Positions 48,153 through 58,560 of a stretch of DNA of 64,000 bases are shown piece after piece; within the stretch, counting starts at the first letter, position 1, and each line of letters begins with the position of its first letter. The position numbers were made by a program, and so were the translations under genes. A model generated the notes under the pieces. That model saw only the letters and a program-made list of their open reading frames with translations. It was not told the DNA's origin and ran no database searches. Source of the DNA: Promethearchaeota archaeon (GTDB taxonomy: Archaea; Asgardarchaeota; Thorarchaeia; Thorarchaeales; Thorarchaeaceae); assembly GCA_014728035.1 (NCBI GenBank), contig WJMJ01000078.1, positions 96,001-160,000 on the forward strand, read 5' to 3'.

Positions 48153-50171
48153 GTGAACGATGTGGATCAAGTTTCCGAACAAAAACAACTTGCCAATGAG
48201 GAGTTTGAGGAAGTTCCCAATCCACTCGTTGGCATCCTTCTTTCTATTTTTGGAGCTTTTATTGGATTCTTCAAATCCATCGGTCGTGCAATCAAAGGAG
48301 CGGGACGATGGATATTCAACTTCTTCAAAGGAATTATTGCGTTTATTAAAAACCCACTTGAGAGATTAGAGGCAGTTTATGACAAATTACGTCGTGAAAT
48401 CGACTATCTCGTAGGAATTCAACTTGTTATAGTGGTTACCGTTTTTGGATTGTTTCTGGTAGCACCTCTTCTAAGTGTGGTATGGAGTTCATTTTTCAAT
48501 GAATATGGATTCACATTGGAATATTTTGAAAATATCTTTTCAAGTAGATCATTTATTCCTTCCTTTCCTTTGGATTTCGATTTTCTTTATTTTAATGAGA
48601 GTACACAAACATTGGAAATATCTGGCATTGATATGGGAGCAATTCTAAACTCAATATTTGTTGGAATTGCAACAACTATAATATCCGTCTTGTTGGGAAC
48701 ATTCTTCGCATTCCTAGTAGCCAGATATGAATTCCCCGGAAAATCCATTCTTCGTACGTTACTTCTCTTTCCTATGCTTTCTACACCATTTATTGGTGCA
48801 ATTGGAATCAAATATTTCATGGCTGGAGATGGTTATCTCAATCAATTAGCTGGTGCATTCTTTGGCATTTTTGGCCTTGGCTGGACAAAAATTGAATTCA
48901 GTGGACTTGCCGCCATCATTGTTGTTCAAGGCCTATCATTATTCTCATTAGTTTACCTGAATGCTTATTCATCCTTCATGAGTATAGATCCATCCTTGGA
49001 AGAACAAGCTGAAAATCTAGGCGCAACCGGATTTCAGCTATTTCGTTCAGTAACGTTGCCTCTTGCAGTCCCTGGAATACAAGCGGGTGCAATTCTTACA
49101 TTTATTCTAAGCATTGAAGATTTAGGGACACCCATTGTTTTCGCCGAACAAAACCAAGTTCGCAATTTGCTCGCCTTTCAAGTATTTGACAATATTACTG
49201 CAGAAAGTGGAACAATCAGTCCTATTGGTCCTGCAATAGGTGTTATGCTTCTAGTTCTTTCAATGGCTGGATTCTTGGCAATACGAAAGTATGCCTCTTT
49301 GAGAAGCTATACAGCAGGAAGCAAGGGAGGACAATGGAACCCCAGAACCAGAACCATTAGTCCACAAGCAACAATTCTTCTTTATATTATTGTCATTCCT
49401 TTACTATTCTTTGCCCTCATTCCACAGATCAGTGTCATTTGGCTTTCACTAGCTCAATATCGGGGTGAACTCTTTCCACCCATGAGTCTTAATCACTACA
49501 TGGTACTCGGTGATGTAGATATCCAAGGTGCAATTACACGAACTTTGGGTTACGCAGGTATTGCTACGCTATTCTGTGTTATCCTAGGAGTGTTTGCAGC
49601 TTATATAATATCGCGAAAAGATATCCCTGGAAAAACTGCTCTAGACATGTTAGTAACATCACCCATTGCTTTACCAGGAATAGTTATAGCTGCTGGATAT
49701 TTCAATCTCTATTATACAACTCCTATATTTCCAGCCGACTGGCCGATGTTTCTCATAATCATGTCATTTACCGTTAGGAAATTTCCATTTACCGTAAGGG
49801 CTGCGTTTGCAGGACTTCAACAGACCCCAGTAGCTTTGGAGGAGGCGTCTTTGAACATGGGGGCAAGTAAAAATGCAACCTTTGCTCGGATAGTCGTACC
49901 ACTAATTGGGGTGAGTGTGCTAGCAGGTGGACTGCTTTCGTTCATCTATTCGGTTAGTGAGGTTAGTACAGCATTAATACTGGGTGGTGCAAATTACGGT
50001 CAAGCACCGTTTACATATTGGATTAAGGAAGTCTATGAGGGTTTGCCTCCAGATTATGGAGCAGGTCCTGCAGCCGCTCTGGGAGTTATAATGATGCTTA
50101 TGCAAATGGCTGTGATAACTATAACAAATGCAATACTGAAGACACGGGCTTCAGCGATGACAGGAATCTAG
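48153..50171 (+). CDS. ABC permease (FbpB/AfuB-like, two fused TM modules)
   Basis: Two EAA loops: LEEQAENLGA and LEEASLNMGA. Confidence 0.9.
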   Translation: MNDVDQVSEQKQLANEEFEEVPNPLVGILLSIFGAFIGFFKSIGRAIKGAGRWIFNFFKGIIAFIKNPLERLEAVYDKLRREIDYLVGIQLVIVVTVFGLFLVAPLLSVVWSSFFNEYGFTLEYFENIFSSRSFIPSFPLDFDFLYFNESTQTLEISGIDMGAILNSIFVGIATTIISVLLGTFFAFLVARYEFPGKSILRTLLLFPMLSTPFIGAIGIKYFMAGDGYLNQLAGAFFGIFGLGWTKIEFSGLAAIIVVQGLSLFSLVYLNAYSSFMSIDPSLEEQAENLGATGFQLFRSVTLPLAVPGIQAGAILTFILSIEDLGTPIVFAEQNQVRNLLAFQVFDNITAESGTISPIGPAIGVMLLVLSMAGFLAIRKYASLRSYTAGSKGGQWNPRTRTISPQATILLYIIVIPLLFFALIPQISVIWLSLAQYRGELFPPMSLNHYMVLGDVDIQGAITRTLGYAGIATLFCVILGVFAAYIISRKDIPGKTALDMLVTSPIALPGIVIAAGYFNLYYTTPIFPADWPMFLIIMSFTVRKFPFTVRAAFAGLQQTPVALEEASLNMGASKNATFARIVVPLIGVSVLAGGLLSFIYSVSEVSTALILGGANYGQAPFTYWIKEVYEGLPPDYGAGPAAALGVIMMLMQMAVITITNAILKTRASAMTGI

Positions 50172-50174
50172 GAA

Positions 50175-51320
50175 GTGAAAAACATGGTAACAATACACAT
50201 AGAAAAGGTCCGTAAAACATTTGGTGAAGTCGTTGCTACAGATGACGTGAACATGGACCTTCAAGATGGAAAACTATCCACTCTTCTCGGCCCTTCAGGA
50301 TGCGGGAAGACTACACTATTACGACTCATTGCTGGTTTTTATGAACCGGATTATGGGCGCATTTACTTTGACGACCTTGATGTAACAGATATTCCACCAA
50401 ATAAGCGGAATACAGGAATGTGTTTCCAGAACTATGCTCTTTGGCCTCATATGACTGTGTTTGATAACATTGCATATGGACTAAAAATGAAACGTGTTGA
50501 TGGAATGAAATACACTCAGGCTGCAATTAAACGAAGAGTCAAGGATGCATTGGAGCTGGTAAGAATGCAGGGACTTGGCGATCGAACACCTCATCAGCTA
50601 AGTGGAGGTCAACAGCAAAGAGTTGCTCTTGCTAGAGCTCTTGTAATCGAACCAGATGTATTATTGCTTGATGAGCCACTATCAAATCTGGACGCGAAAC
50701 TGAGAAATGAAATGAGAGAAGAAATACTCAGAATTCAAGGTGAATTAGGAATAACTACAGTATACGTTACACACGATCAAGTCGAGGCCTTGAGTATTTC
50801 AGATATGGTTGCAGTAATGGAAAAAGGATATATCCAACAATATGGGCCACCTAGAGAGATTTATGCTAAGCCACAGACACTTTTCGTAGCCGATTTCATT
50901 GGAAAATGTACTTTCTTCGACGGAATAATTCATTCAATTGGCCAAGACTACCTCACCGTTGAATTAACTGACGGGCAGAAAGTTAGCGGTAGAACGCCCA
51001 TTGAAGGATACCCATTTGAAGAAGGCGAATCTGTACGATGTGCTGTACGTCCTGAGGATTTGTTCTTAGAATCAACAGATCCAAAAAACAACGAAATCTC
51101 TGGAGATGTCTTCCAAGTTGTTTACATTGGTAGTAATGTTGAAGTATTCTTCCATGTTGGAGAAACCTCTGCAGTAGCCTTGTTATCACCAGATGTGAAA
51201 GTAAGTGAGGGAGAAAAAATTGAACTCTATGCACCTCGTTCTGATGTGATGATTCTCCCATTGGGTGGTGTTGACGCTCTACGAAAAATACCTGGGCATC
51301 CGTTGTATTCACAAGATTAG
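50175..51320 (+). CDS. ABC ATPase (FbpC/PotA-like with TOBE)
   Basis: GPSGCGKT, FQNYALWPH, LSGGQQQR, LLLDEP, VTHDQ. Confidence 0.95.
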   Translation: MKNMVTIHIEKVRKTFGEVVATDDVNMDLQDGKLSTLLGPSGCGKTTLLRLIAGFYEPDYGRIYFDDLDVTDIPPNKRNTGMCFQNYALWPHMTVFDNIAYGLKMKRVDGMKYTQAAIKRRVKDALELVRMQGLGDRTPHQLSGGQQQRVALARALVIEPDVLLLDEPLSNLDAKLRNEMREEILRIQGELGITTVYVTHDQVEALSISDMVAVMEKGYIQQYGPPREIYAKPQTLFVADFIGKCTFFDGIIHSIGQDYLTVELTDGQKVSGRTPIEGYPFEEGESVRCAVRPEDLFLESTDPKNNEISGDVFQVVYIGSNVEVFFHVGETSAVALLSPDVKVSEGEKIELYAPRSDVMILPLGGVDALRKIPGHPLYSQD

Positions 51321-53347
51321 TCTTTTGAATGTCTGGTTGTGACTGCAACTCCACGATTCATAGCCAGCATTTCAGGACCACTTAGCAATGCCCTCCCAGT
51401 TCCGAGAAGTCTCTTTGCACTGTCCGCTATGAGAACCTCTTCACCTGGGCGTAGATTGGGACTTGCAAATCGTACGAACTTGGCAAGTGCAGATTTTCCT
51501 TTGATGATATATTCTGAAACCTCATCATCAATTGTCACCAGATAATCATCAGAAATGCCGATATCTTGTAGAACCAATCCACCTGCATAGGTAGGTGCTA
51601 AAGTTCCAGTTGTTGGAACAATAGTGAATAGAATATCATCTTCATTCTTCACATGACGCATCTTCCCTGTGCCTTTTGAAATAGAGATTTCCCATTTTTT
51701 AATGACATCAAAATTAACACGAAGATTCCATTGATGCGCCATTATTGCACGAAGTTTTCTTAACATCCAATGCTTTTCTGTCGTTGCTTGAATGTCTAAC
51801 TCTTCAATAACTTCGGAAACAGTTTGTGTGTGAACAATAGCAGATTGCGTATTGATTAATTCATGTACCTTGTTCATTGGATCATTCCGGGATAGCCAAA
51901 TAATCTTCTCAGCAGATATTAAATCCAAGACTTCCTGAAGTTTTTGCCCCACAGAGATAATCGACTCAGTATCTAAATACTCTGGATAGATACACTGTTG
52001 TGCGGGATAGACATGCTCCAACTCCCAGGGAATAACACCCATGGGCGTTACAAACAAGATGAGCATTTCCTCTGCTTCTGTTTTTCTGACTTCTTGTATT
52101 GGAAGAGGTGCAGTTTCATAAAAGGGCCTTCCACCTATATCAGGAAACAACAACATTTGTCTGGTATGTGAATAGGGATATCGATTCTTGACTCTTGAAT
52201 GGAAACGATAAGCTACTGGATGTCTTGCGTTCTCGATTCCAGTATAAAGTATTGAGGTGCTATTCGCTACAGGATATTCCTTCTCAATTTGTTCTACATA
52301 GTGAAGCATAGTCTGTAATGCATTGAATAGATTTGGATGACTTCTTGCCCTAGCTGCAACAAGCTCAAAGAGTTTACCATCTACAATAGCTTGTCGTACC
52401 CGTTTCATTTCACCGATAGTAACATACAGGTTATGACGCATCAAATGGAGTACGCGTTCATCTCTTTTCATCTGATTCATATCATCAGCTGTGAATGAAT
52501 TACAAACTACACACTCACAAGGCAATTCTCGCAGATTACCAAGATGTAAGGTACCAGTAGGAGTTACATAACGATCCGATTCGGCAAATTTGGCGTATAA
52601 AGCAGAATCAAAGAAATCACATCCAAGAAAAGCAGCTTGTGCAAGCAGCATTGGATGGCCACAACCGAAGAGATGAACTGGTCTATTGAATGGAAGATGT
52701 CTTTTTGATGCTAAGGTAATACGAACAATGTCCGAATATCGATAGCTCTCCATAAGAGGGACTACACCTCCAATAGGATGAACATCGAAATCCATAGTAG
52801 CCATCATTTTGGCAGAATGTTCTCGTAAATCAGGAAAGATACCACCTTGTATAGTACCTGCAAGAAGCATATCCTCTTTTCTGCCTACAGAAATCTTTGC
52901 GCGTTCTAATGATTTTTTCACGTCATGTTCTACCTGTTGTCTTCCAACATTTGGTTCTGAAAAGGCGTCAAGTATAGTTCCAATATCTGAACCAATTGAT
53001 TTTTGGAAGTCAACAATTTCCAGTGGGTCAATCTCTTCCTCAGGAAGATTGTGAAAATACATTTGAAACGTCCCAGAATCAGTCATAATAGGGCCGTCAA
53101 AATTAATGAGTCCATGAACACCCTCAGAGAGTGCTTTCTCTCGGAACTTGTCCTTAGATTTGATGATGTAAGAATTTGTTATCACCATTTGAAAGCCGAA
53201 TTCCTCTCTCAATTGGGCAGGTGTAATAGATGATTTGGCTGGATGAATAACTGGCATAAGCAGAGGAGTATGTACCTTGCCATGTTTTGTTGTATAGATG
53301 CCCAACCGTGCCATTCCATCTTTTGCACGAATTTCGAATAGACTCAT
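51317..53347 (-). CDS. tgtA: Archaeosine tRNA-guanine(15) transglycosylase
   Basis: TPLLMPV, TDSGTFQ, GGVVPLME, HLFGCGHP, FDSA, CECVVC...HN, C-terminal PUA domain. Confidence 0.93.
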   Translation of the reverse strand: MSLFEIRAKDGMARLGIYTTKHGKVHTPLLMPVIHPAKSSITPAQLREEFGFQMVITNSYIIKSKDKFREKALSEGVHGLINFDGPIMTDSGTFQMYFHNLPEEEIDPLEIVDFQKSIGSDIGTILDAFSEPNVGRQQVEHDVKKSLERAKISVGRKEDMLLAGTIQGGIFPDLREHSAKMMATMDFDVHPIGGVVPLMESYRYSDIVRITLASKRHLPFNRPVHLFGCGHPMLLAQAAFLGCDFFDSALYAKFAESDRYVTPTGTLHLGNLRELPCECVVCNSFTADDMNQMKRDERVLHLMRHNLYVTIGEMKRVRQAIVDGKLFELVAARARSHPNLFNALQTMLHYVEQIEKEYPVANSTSILYTGIENARHPVAYRFHSRVKNRYPYSHTRQMLLFPDIGGRPFYETAPLPIQEVRKTEAEEMLILFVTPMGVIPWELEHVYPAQQCIYPEYLDTESIISVGQKLQEVLDLISAEKIIWLSRNDPMNKVHELINTQSAIVHTQTVSEVIEELDIQATTEKHWMLRKLRAIMAHQWNLRVNFDVIKKWEISISKGTGKMRHVKNEDDILFTIVPTTGTLAPTYAGGLVLQDIGISDDYLVTIDDEVSEYIIKGKSALAKFVRFASPNLRPGEEVLIADSAKRLLGTGRALLSGPEMLAMNRGVAVTTRHSKD

Positions 53348-53446
53348 CGCTAATCCCATCGAATTGTTCAGGCAAGCCTCAAAGAACCTTTTGCTATAGT
53401 CTATGTTCAATCCAAACTGTTTAAGAAAGAAGATTTTGACTCAATA

Positions 53447-54733
53447 TTGATGTATAATCCAACTGCACTACTAGTCCAACGTCGAAAATATGACGAACCA
53501 GATTTACTTGATGAATTCGAGGCTATTGCTAAAACAGCAGGTTATTCTGTGATAGGTGCTTTCGATGTGGTATCTCCACCATCCGCAAGATTTGGTATCG
53601 GTAGTGGTAAGGTAGAAGAGATTGCCACGTGGATTGAAATAAACCAACCAGAATTTGTTCTTTTTACACCAATGCTTTCTTCAAGTCAAATATACCGCTT
53701 GATGGAAGCTTGGGATACAGAGGTTAGAGACCGCAATCAAATAATTTTAGAAATATTTGACCGTCATGCTCAGACTCAGCAAGCTAAATTACAGATAGAA
53801 CAAGCTCGACTAAGTTATGAACTGCCATTTGAACGCCATCAAATTCGCAAGAGATTACAGAAAGAACACACTGGAGATCGACCAGTTGCAGAACAAATCG
53901 GAGCTGGTGAAGATCTACTGAATATGCGAATAAAAGAGATTAGAAGGCGAATTGCAAAGATTCAGAAAAAATTAGAAAAAATCGCACAAGTTCAAGAGAT
54001 CAAAAAACAAAAACGAGTGAATAAGGGATTTCTTGAGATTACCTTAGCTGGTTATACTAATGCTGGAAAGAGTACACTGCATAAAGCATTGACTGGTTCT
54101 ACAGTAGAGATTGCCGATAAACTATTTACTACACTATCAACAAAGACAGCTGAAATTGATATCCCAGGTAGACAGGTGGTGCTTTCAGATTCAGTTGGGT
54201 TCATCAGCAATCTTCCATCATCACTCCTAGATGCATTTCATACAACATTGATGGAGATAGGAGATGCTGATGTTATTGTACTAGTTCTTGATGCATCCGA
54301 TTCAGTACAAGAAATGATTAGAAAGGCTAATGCCTCTCGAGACACCTTCAAAGAGATTGGCATCAATGGTATTCCACTGATTGTAGCTCTCAATAAGATT
54401 GACTTGATTGACAAAGAGGATATCGCTAATAAAATAGATATTCTCTCTCCAGAATATAGTCAAATCATACCAATTTCAGCAAAAGAGGAGATTGATCTTG
54501 ATGTGCTTGTGCAGGCAATTGAAGCGGAACTACCTCCACTTTCTTTGTACGAGATCAAACTAGATTATGGGGATGATAGTATGTCTCTTATCTCTTGGTT
54601 ACATGAAGTAGGTGATGTTGAAATCGAAGAATACCAAACTGGAACAATACATGTTGAAGCTTATCTTCCCATTGATATTGCTCGAAAATTAGCCAAGACT
54701 CTTCCTCAGGGAACTTTCTCGCTACTAGAGTAG
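53447..54733 (+). CDS. hflX: GTPase HflX
   Basis: ILEIF..HA...AKLQIE, GYTNAGKST, LFTTL, DSVGFI, NKID. Confidence 0.95.
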   Translation: MMYNPTALLVQRRKYDEPDLLDEFEAIAKTAGYSVIGAFDVVSPPSARFGIGSGKVEEIATWIEINQPEFVLFTPMLSSSQIYRLMEAWDTEVRDRNQIILEIFDRHAQTQQAKLQIEQARLSYELPFERHQIRKRLQKEHTGDRPVAEQIGAGEDLLNMRIKEIRRRIAKIQKKLEKIAQVQEIKKQKRVNKGFLEITLAGYTNAGKSTLHKALTGSTVEIADKLFTTLSTKTAEIDIPGRQVVLSDSVGFISNLPSSLLDAFHTTLMEIGDADVIVLVLDASDSVQEMIRKANASRDTFKEIGINGIPLIVALNKIDLIDKEDIANKIDILSPEYSQIIPISAKEEIDLDVLVQAIEAELPPLSLYEIKLDYGDDSMSLISWLHEVGDVEIEEYQTGTIHVEAYLPIDIARKLAKTLPQGTFSLLE

Positions 54734-54791
54734 GATGTAATCGTCACTTGATAAAACCTATTACCTGTCTTTCACAACTTAGCCTGATTTT

Positions 54792-55460
54792 GTGGTGTGT
54801 CTAATGATAGTTATGGAACTCAAATCCAAAGAAGAGATTCTAAAGATGCTAGTAGACCATCAGAAAGTTGTGCTTTTTGGAGATACTGGTTGTGCTCAAA
54901 TGTGCGATGTTGGGGGTTGGTTACAGCTAGAGGACATGGAAGATTTTCTTAAAGAACATGGAAAGGAAATTCTCGCCAAAATCCTTGTCGAAGGTGGAAT
55001 ATGTGACCATAGAGCACTAAAGGAAGAAATTGAGAGCTATCAGGAAGTAATTAATCAGGCGGATGCAATTTTAGTGCAAGCTTGTGGTGTTGCTACCCAG
55101 ACACTCACTGCATTACTTCCATCACTTCAGTCATTTCCAGCTGCAGACTCCAAATTTCTTGGAGATATGCCAAAAAGATTTCATCATAATGAGAAATGTT
55201 CCCTCTGCGGAGATTGCATCCTACATCTTACAGGAGGAATATGTCCATTGACACGCTGTTCAAAGGGTATTATGAATGGACCATGTGGTGGTTCAATGGA
55301 TGGGAAATGTGAACGAGATGCAGATACAGATTGTGCATGGCAGCTGATTTATGACCGTTTGAAGGAGCTAGACAAATTGGAAAATATCCAAAAGATCTGG
55401 AAATTACGAGATTGGAGTCTAGCAAAGGGGCCCCATGTACTCCAACATGAACAAGATTAG
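54792..55460 (+). CDS. MetV-like Fe-S/zinc protein (MTHFR C-terminal domain family)
   Basis: GCAQMC, ACG, CSLCGDC, CPLTRCSK, NGPCGG, CE, CAW. Confidence 0.88.
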   Translation: MVCLMIVMELKSKEEILKMLVDHQKVVLFGDTGCAQMCDVGGWLQLEDMEDFLKEHGKEILAKILVEGGICDHRALKEEIESYQEVINQADAILVQACGVATQTLTALLPSLQSFPAADSKFLGDMPKRFHHNEKCSLCGDCILHLTGGICPLTRCSKGIMNGPCGGSMDGKCERDADTDCAWQLIYDRLKELDKLENIQKIWKLRDWSLAKGPHVLQHEQD

Positions 55461-55563
55461 AATTGGACTGGTCTCAGAATCAATACTGAAGGTAATATTC
55501 TGAGAAGGTAATATCCTATACTGACTCTGTAAAATAGAATTTGCATCAAAAAGTAAAAAGAGA

Positions 55564-55586
55564 GGATAGGGCACAAGGCCCTATTC
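55564..55586 (-). terminator. Hairpin after MFS gene
   Basis: ATAGGGC-ACAAG-GCCCTAT followed by T tracts on the minus strand. Confidence 0.55.
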
Positions 55587-55588
55587 AG

Positions 55589-56986
55589 TTAGACAATTTC
55601 TCCAGGAACAATATCATCCTCAAGATAGACTTTTGCTTCACCTTTCACTGGTTGTCGAACTTTCATAAGTAACAATACAGCTACAACAAAGAACAGAAGC
55701 ACCGCGAGAATCGCAGTGAGATGTGCATCCACAACTAAAGAGGGAAGCTGCAGAGGATTAACAAGAAGCAATACACTAGCATAGACAAATGGGCCAAGGA
55801 TAGCTGCAAATTTGCCAGTCAGAGCGTAGAAGCCAAACATCTCTGTTTTCTTTTCTTCTGGAATGAATTGACCATACATACTTCGAGCTGTGCTTTGTGA
55901 TGAGCCCATCCCAACTCCAGCGATAAGACCCACAATCCACCATACAATTTGACCGAAGGGTGTGAGGAAGTATGCTATTAGAAGTGCACCAATCCATATG
56001 AAGAGTGTACTGATCAATGTATTCTTTGTACCAATCCTATCTGCTATCCAGCCAAAGATAAAAGCGCCAGGAATTGCTGCAAGTTGTGTTACTGCAAAGA
56101 AGATGAGAATCATAGTGGTACTAAAGCCATAAACAACCTGTCCGAAGATGGCCGCATAATATATCACAGTGGTGATGGCATCACTGAATAAGAAGTATGC
56201 AACTAAATACAGAGGTAGACCTTCATAGTTTCGAATTTGTTTAATAGTGTTCTTTACACGACGGAATCCCACAGTAATGAGACTTACATTCTCTTCGCCA
56301 GGCAATTTTTTCGCAGGACGGTTTTTCAACATGATGAAGCTTGGTATTGAGAAAACAAGGAAGAATATTGCGCTCAAGAAGAATGCAAGAGTGTAAGGCA
56401 AGTTCATTGCAAATACAACAAGTGCAATGACAATAGTTGCCATTGCCCCTACATATCCAGCAGCAAATCCATATCCTCCAATTCTGCCGATATTATCTTC
56501 TGTGGAAATCTCTGGTAACCATGCATTGTAAAATGGGAGTGCGCCCTGAAATCCAACGTTTGCAATGATGAAGATGATCCAAGCCCATAGCCATAAATCA
56601 ACACCGAGAAATGGTAGGAATGAAAAAGGACCTTCTTCAGAAGGCAAAATATCCGGAAGGAACAACATTGATGCTGTGAAAGCGACGCACACCGCAGTAT
56701 AGAATGCCATAAATTTCTTTTTCGAACCACCAAAGTCAGCAATTGCACCAAGAATTGGGGAACTTAGTGCAATAATTATCATTGTGATGCTACCTGCATA
56801 TCCCCACATCGCATCACCGAGGGTTTCATTTCCAACCAGCAATCGGAAATACAAGGGGAAAAGAGCAGTGACTATGAGGACTGTAAAGCTAGTATTAGCC
56901 AAGTCATAGAGGTACCATCCTATCTGCTCCTTTTTATCGGTAGGAACCTTTTGTGTTTCAGTTTCAGACAAATCAATATCCTCCAT
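55589..56986 (-). CDS. MFS transporter (UMF1/ATG22-like)
   Basis: GWYLYDLANTSF, PILGAIAD, FYNAWLP, QSTARS, FGFYAL.GK; probable start 56986. Confidence 0.88.
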   Translation of the reverse strand: MEDIDLSETETQKVPTDKKEQIGWYLYDLANTSFTVLIVTALFPLYFRLLVGNETLGDAMWGYAGSITMIIIALSSPILGAIADFGGSKKKFMAFYTAVCVAFTASMLFLPDILPSEEGPFSFLPFLGVDLWLWAWIIFIIANVGFQGALPFYNAWLPEISTEDNIGRIGGYGFAAGYVGAMATIVIALVVFAMNLPYTLAFFLSAIFFLVFSIPSFIMLKNRPAKKLPGEENVSLITVGFRRVKNTIKQIRNYEGLPLYLVAYFLFSDAITTVIYYAAIFGQVVYGFSTTMILIFFAVTQLAAIPGAFIFGWIADRIGTKNTLISTLFIWIGALLIAYFLTPFGQIVWWIVGLIAGVGMGSSQSTARSMYGQFIPEEKKTEMFGFYALTGKFAAILGPFVYASVLLLVNPLQLPSLVVDAHLTAILAVLLFFVVAVLLLMKVRQPVKGEAKVYLEDDIVPGEIV

Positions 56987-57154
56987 TATTAGAAGAACTA
57001 TATCTTGGAGCTGCATACTGATATATATCAATGGTGAAAATGTTTCATTTGCAAAAAAGGCATGGGCTAGTTTTTCTTTGTCCACATATAGAATATGCAA
57101 AGAGGAAAAGAATATACTTTCATGAGATGTATGAGTACAGAAGAATTAGAATAA

Positions 57155-57229
57155 TGGGGCCCGAGGCGGGAATCGAACCCGCAGCTAGAGATCCACAGTC
57201 TCCAAGGTTACCGCTACCCCACTCGGGCC
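57155..57229 (-). tRNA. tRNA-His(GTG) with encoded G-1 and CCA
   Basis: Reverse complement G-GCCCGAG...GGAGA-CT-GTG-GA-TCTCT...GCGGG-TTCGATT-CCCGC-CTCGGGC-C-CCA. Confidence 0.95.
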
Positions 57230-57390
57230 ATAGATTAATGAGTTAGGAAAGCAGCTATGAAAATTGTACTGCTTGGTGAAAGGAGTCGAGCAGTTTGGAC
57301 TTATTAGATTATCTATGTAGAGAGGAAAAATCTACTTGAAGAGAGTCCCTTATTTAGAAGTAAATATAACACAGGCAAGAGGAAAAAGAA

Positions 57391-57948
57391 GTGAAGAATC
57401 CATTTACTACAATCGATAAGTGGTCAACGTGGCGAAATTTGGTCCTGATGATTGTTATTAGTGCAGTAAGTGTAATAATGATGGGTTTTCTTACTCAGAC
57501 ATTGGTCTATGATGTCTATGGTGAAGCATCTATGCCAGATACACAATTCACCTATACGTACGATGAAATTCTTGAGGCTTTCAACATACTAGGAGCTCAA
57601 GGACTTCAAATCTGGTCACAAGTACATCTTCTGGATACAATTTTCCCAATCGGATATTCTTTTGCTTTAGTATTTGGTCTGGGGTTAGGACTTCGTGCAA
57701 CATATCCAGAGAAAGAAACACTTAGAGTATTGACACTGTTTCCATTGATTGCAGCTTTATTTGATTATTTAGAAAACGCATTGATAGCATCGCAGATTGG
57801 AGTATATCCAAATCTATCTATAGAAGTCATTGCAATATCTAGTGTAGTAACAAGCATAAAGTGGATCCTGCTCTATTCTACCTTTGCAGTTGTATTCATC
57901 TTGATGATTATTTGGATTATCCAGAAAATTGCGATTCAACTGAAATAA
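57391..57948 (+). CDS. Membrane protein (4 TM)
   Basis: LDTIFP..Y, FDYLEN, TSIKW pattern. Confidence 0.75.
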   Translation: MKNPFTTIDKWSTWRNLVLMIVISAVSVIMMGFLTQTLVYDVYGEASMPDTQFTYTYDEILEAFNILGAQGLQIWSQVHLLDTIFPIGYSFALVFGLGLGLRATYPEKETLRVLTLFPLIAALFDYLENALIASQIGVYPNLSIEVIAISSVVTSIKWILLYSTFAVVFILMIIWIIQKIAIQLK

Positions 57949-57986
57949 AAAACGATATCAGAATTTTTACATAAAGAAATGACAAG

Positions 57987-58475
57987 GTGTTACTCATGAC
58001 ATATAGAATACTGGAATTCAACATTGCAATAATTGGACCAAAAGGAGCTGGAAAGACAAAGCTGTTTCCAGAAATTAAAGATGAAATGCAAGCAGAGAAG
58101 ATAGTTATCTTGTCGGAAGTCGAAGCGAATATTCATCTTGTACTTCACAAAATTCACACACCACTTAATGAAGAAAAAATGAATTTTTCAAAATTCGATG
58201 GCATGATTGGAGTCTATGATGCAACATCAGCAGGAACCTATAAGGAACTCAAACAAGCTCTACTTTCCATTAAGGAAGATATGGTGGAAAAACCGCTATT
58301 TGTTGTTGGTAATAAGTTGAATCCTGGAGAGCCATGTGCAACTGAGAATACAGTGAATACTGATATTGGCTACAATAAGCTAATCTATTGTATGTCTGAA
58401 TATGACACAAGAAAAGAGTTTGAAATTCGCCTCAGATGGTTTGCAGCAGACTTGGCAAAACGAATGAAAGAATAG
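57987..58475 (+). CDS. Degenerate Ras-like small GTPase
   Basis: IAIIGPKGAGKT, DGMIGVYDAT, VVGNKL; no DxxG. Confidence 0.7.
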   Translation: MLLMTYRILEFNIAIIGPKGAGKTKLFPEIKDEMQAEKIVILSEVEANIHLVLHKIHTPLNEEKMNFSKFDGMIGVYDATSAGTYKELKQALLSIKEDMVEKPLFVVGNKLNPGEPCATENTVNTDIGYNKLIYCMSEYDTRKEFEIRLRWFAADLAKRMKE

Positions 58476-58560
58476 ATGAAATGCTACAATATGTTTCAAT
58501 CCACAATGATTATACATACCTACTAAAAAACAACAGTACTCCCGAAAATGAGGGATAAGA

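Noticed and set aside
55487-55514. GAAGGTAATAT direct repeat
   Set aside because: Two short copies between convergent genes; not CRISPR-like and no functional support
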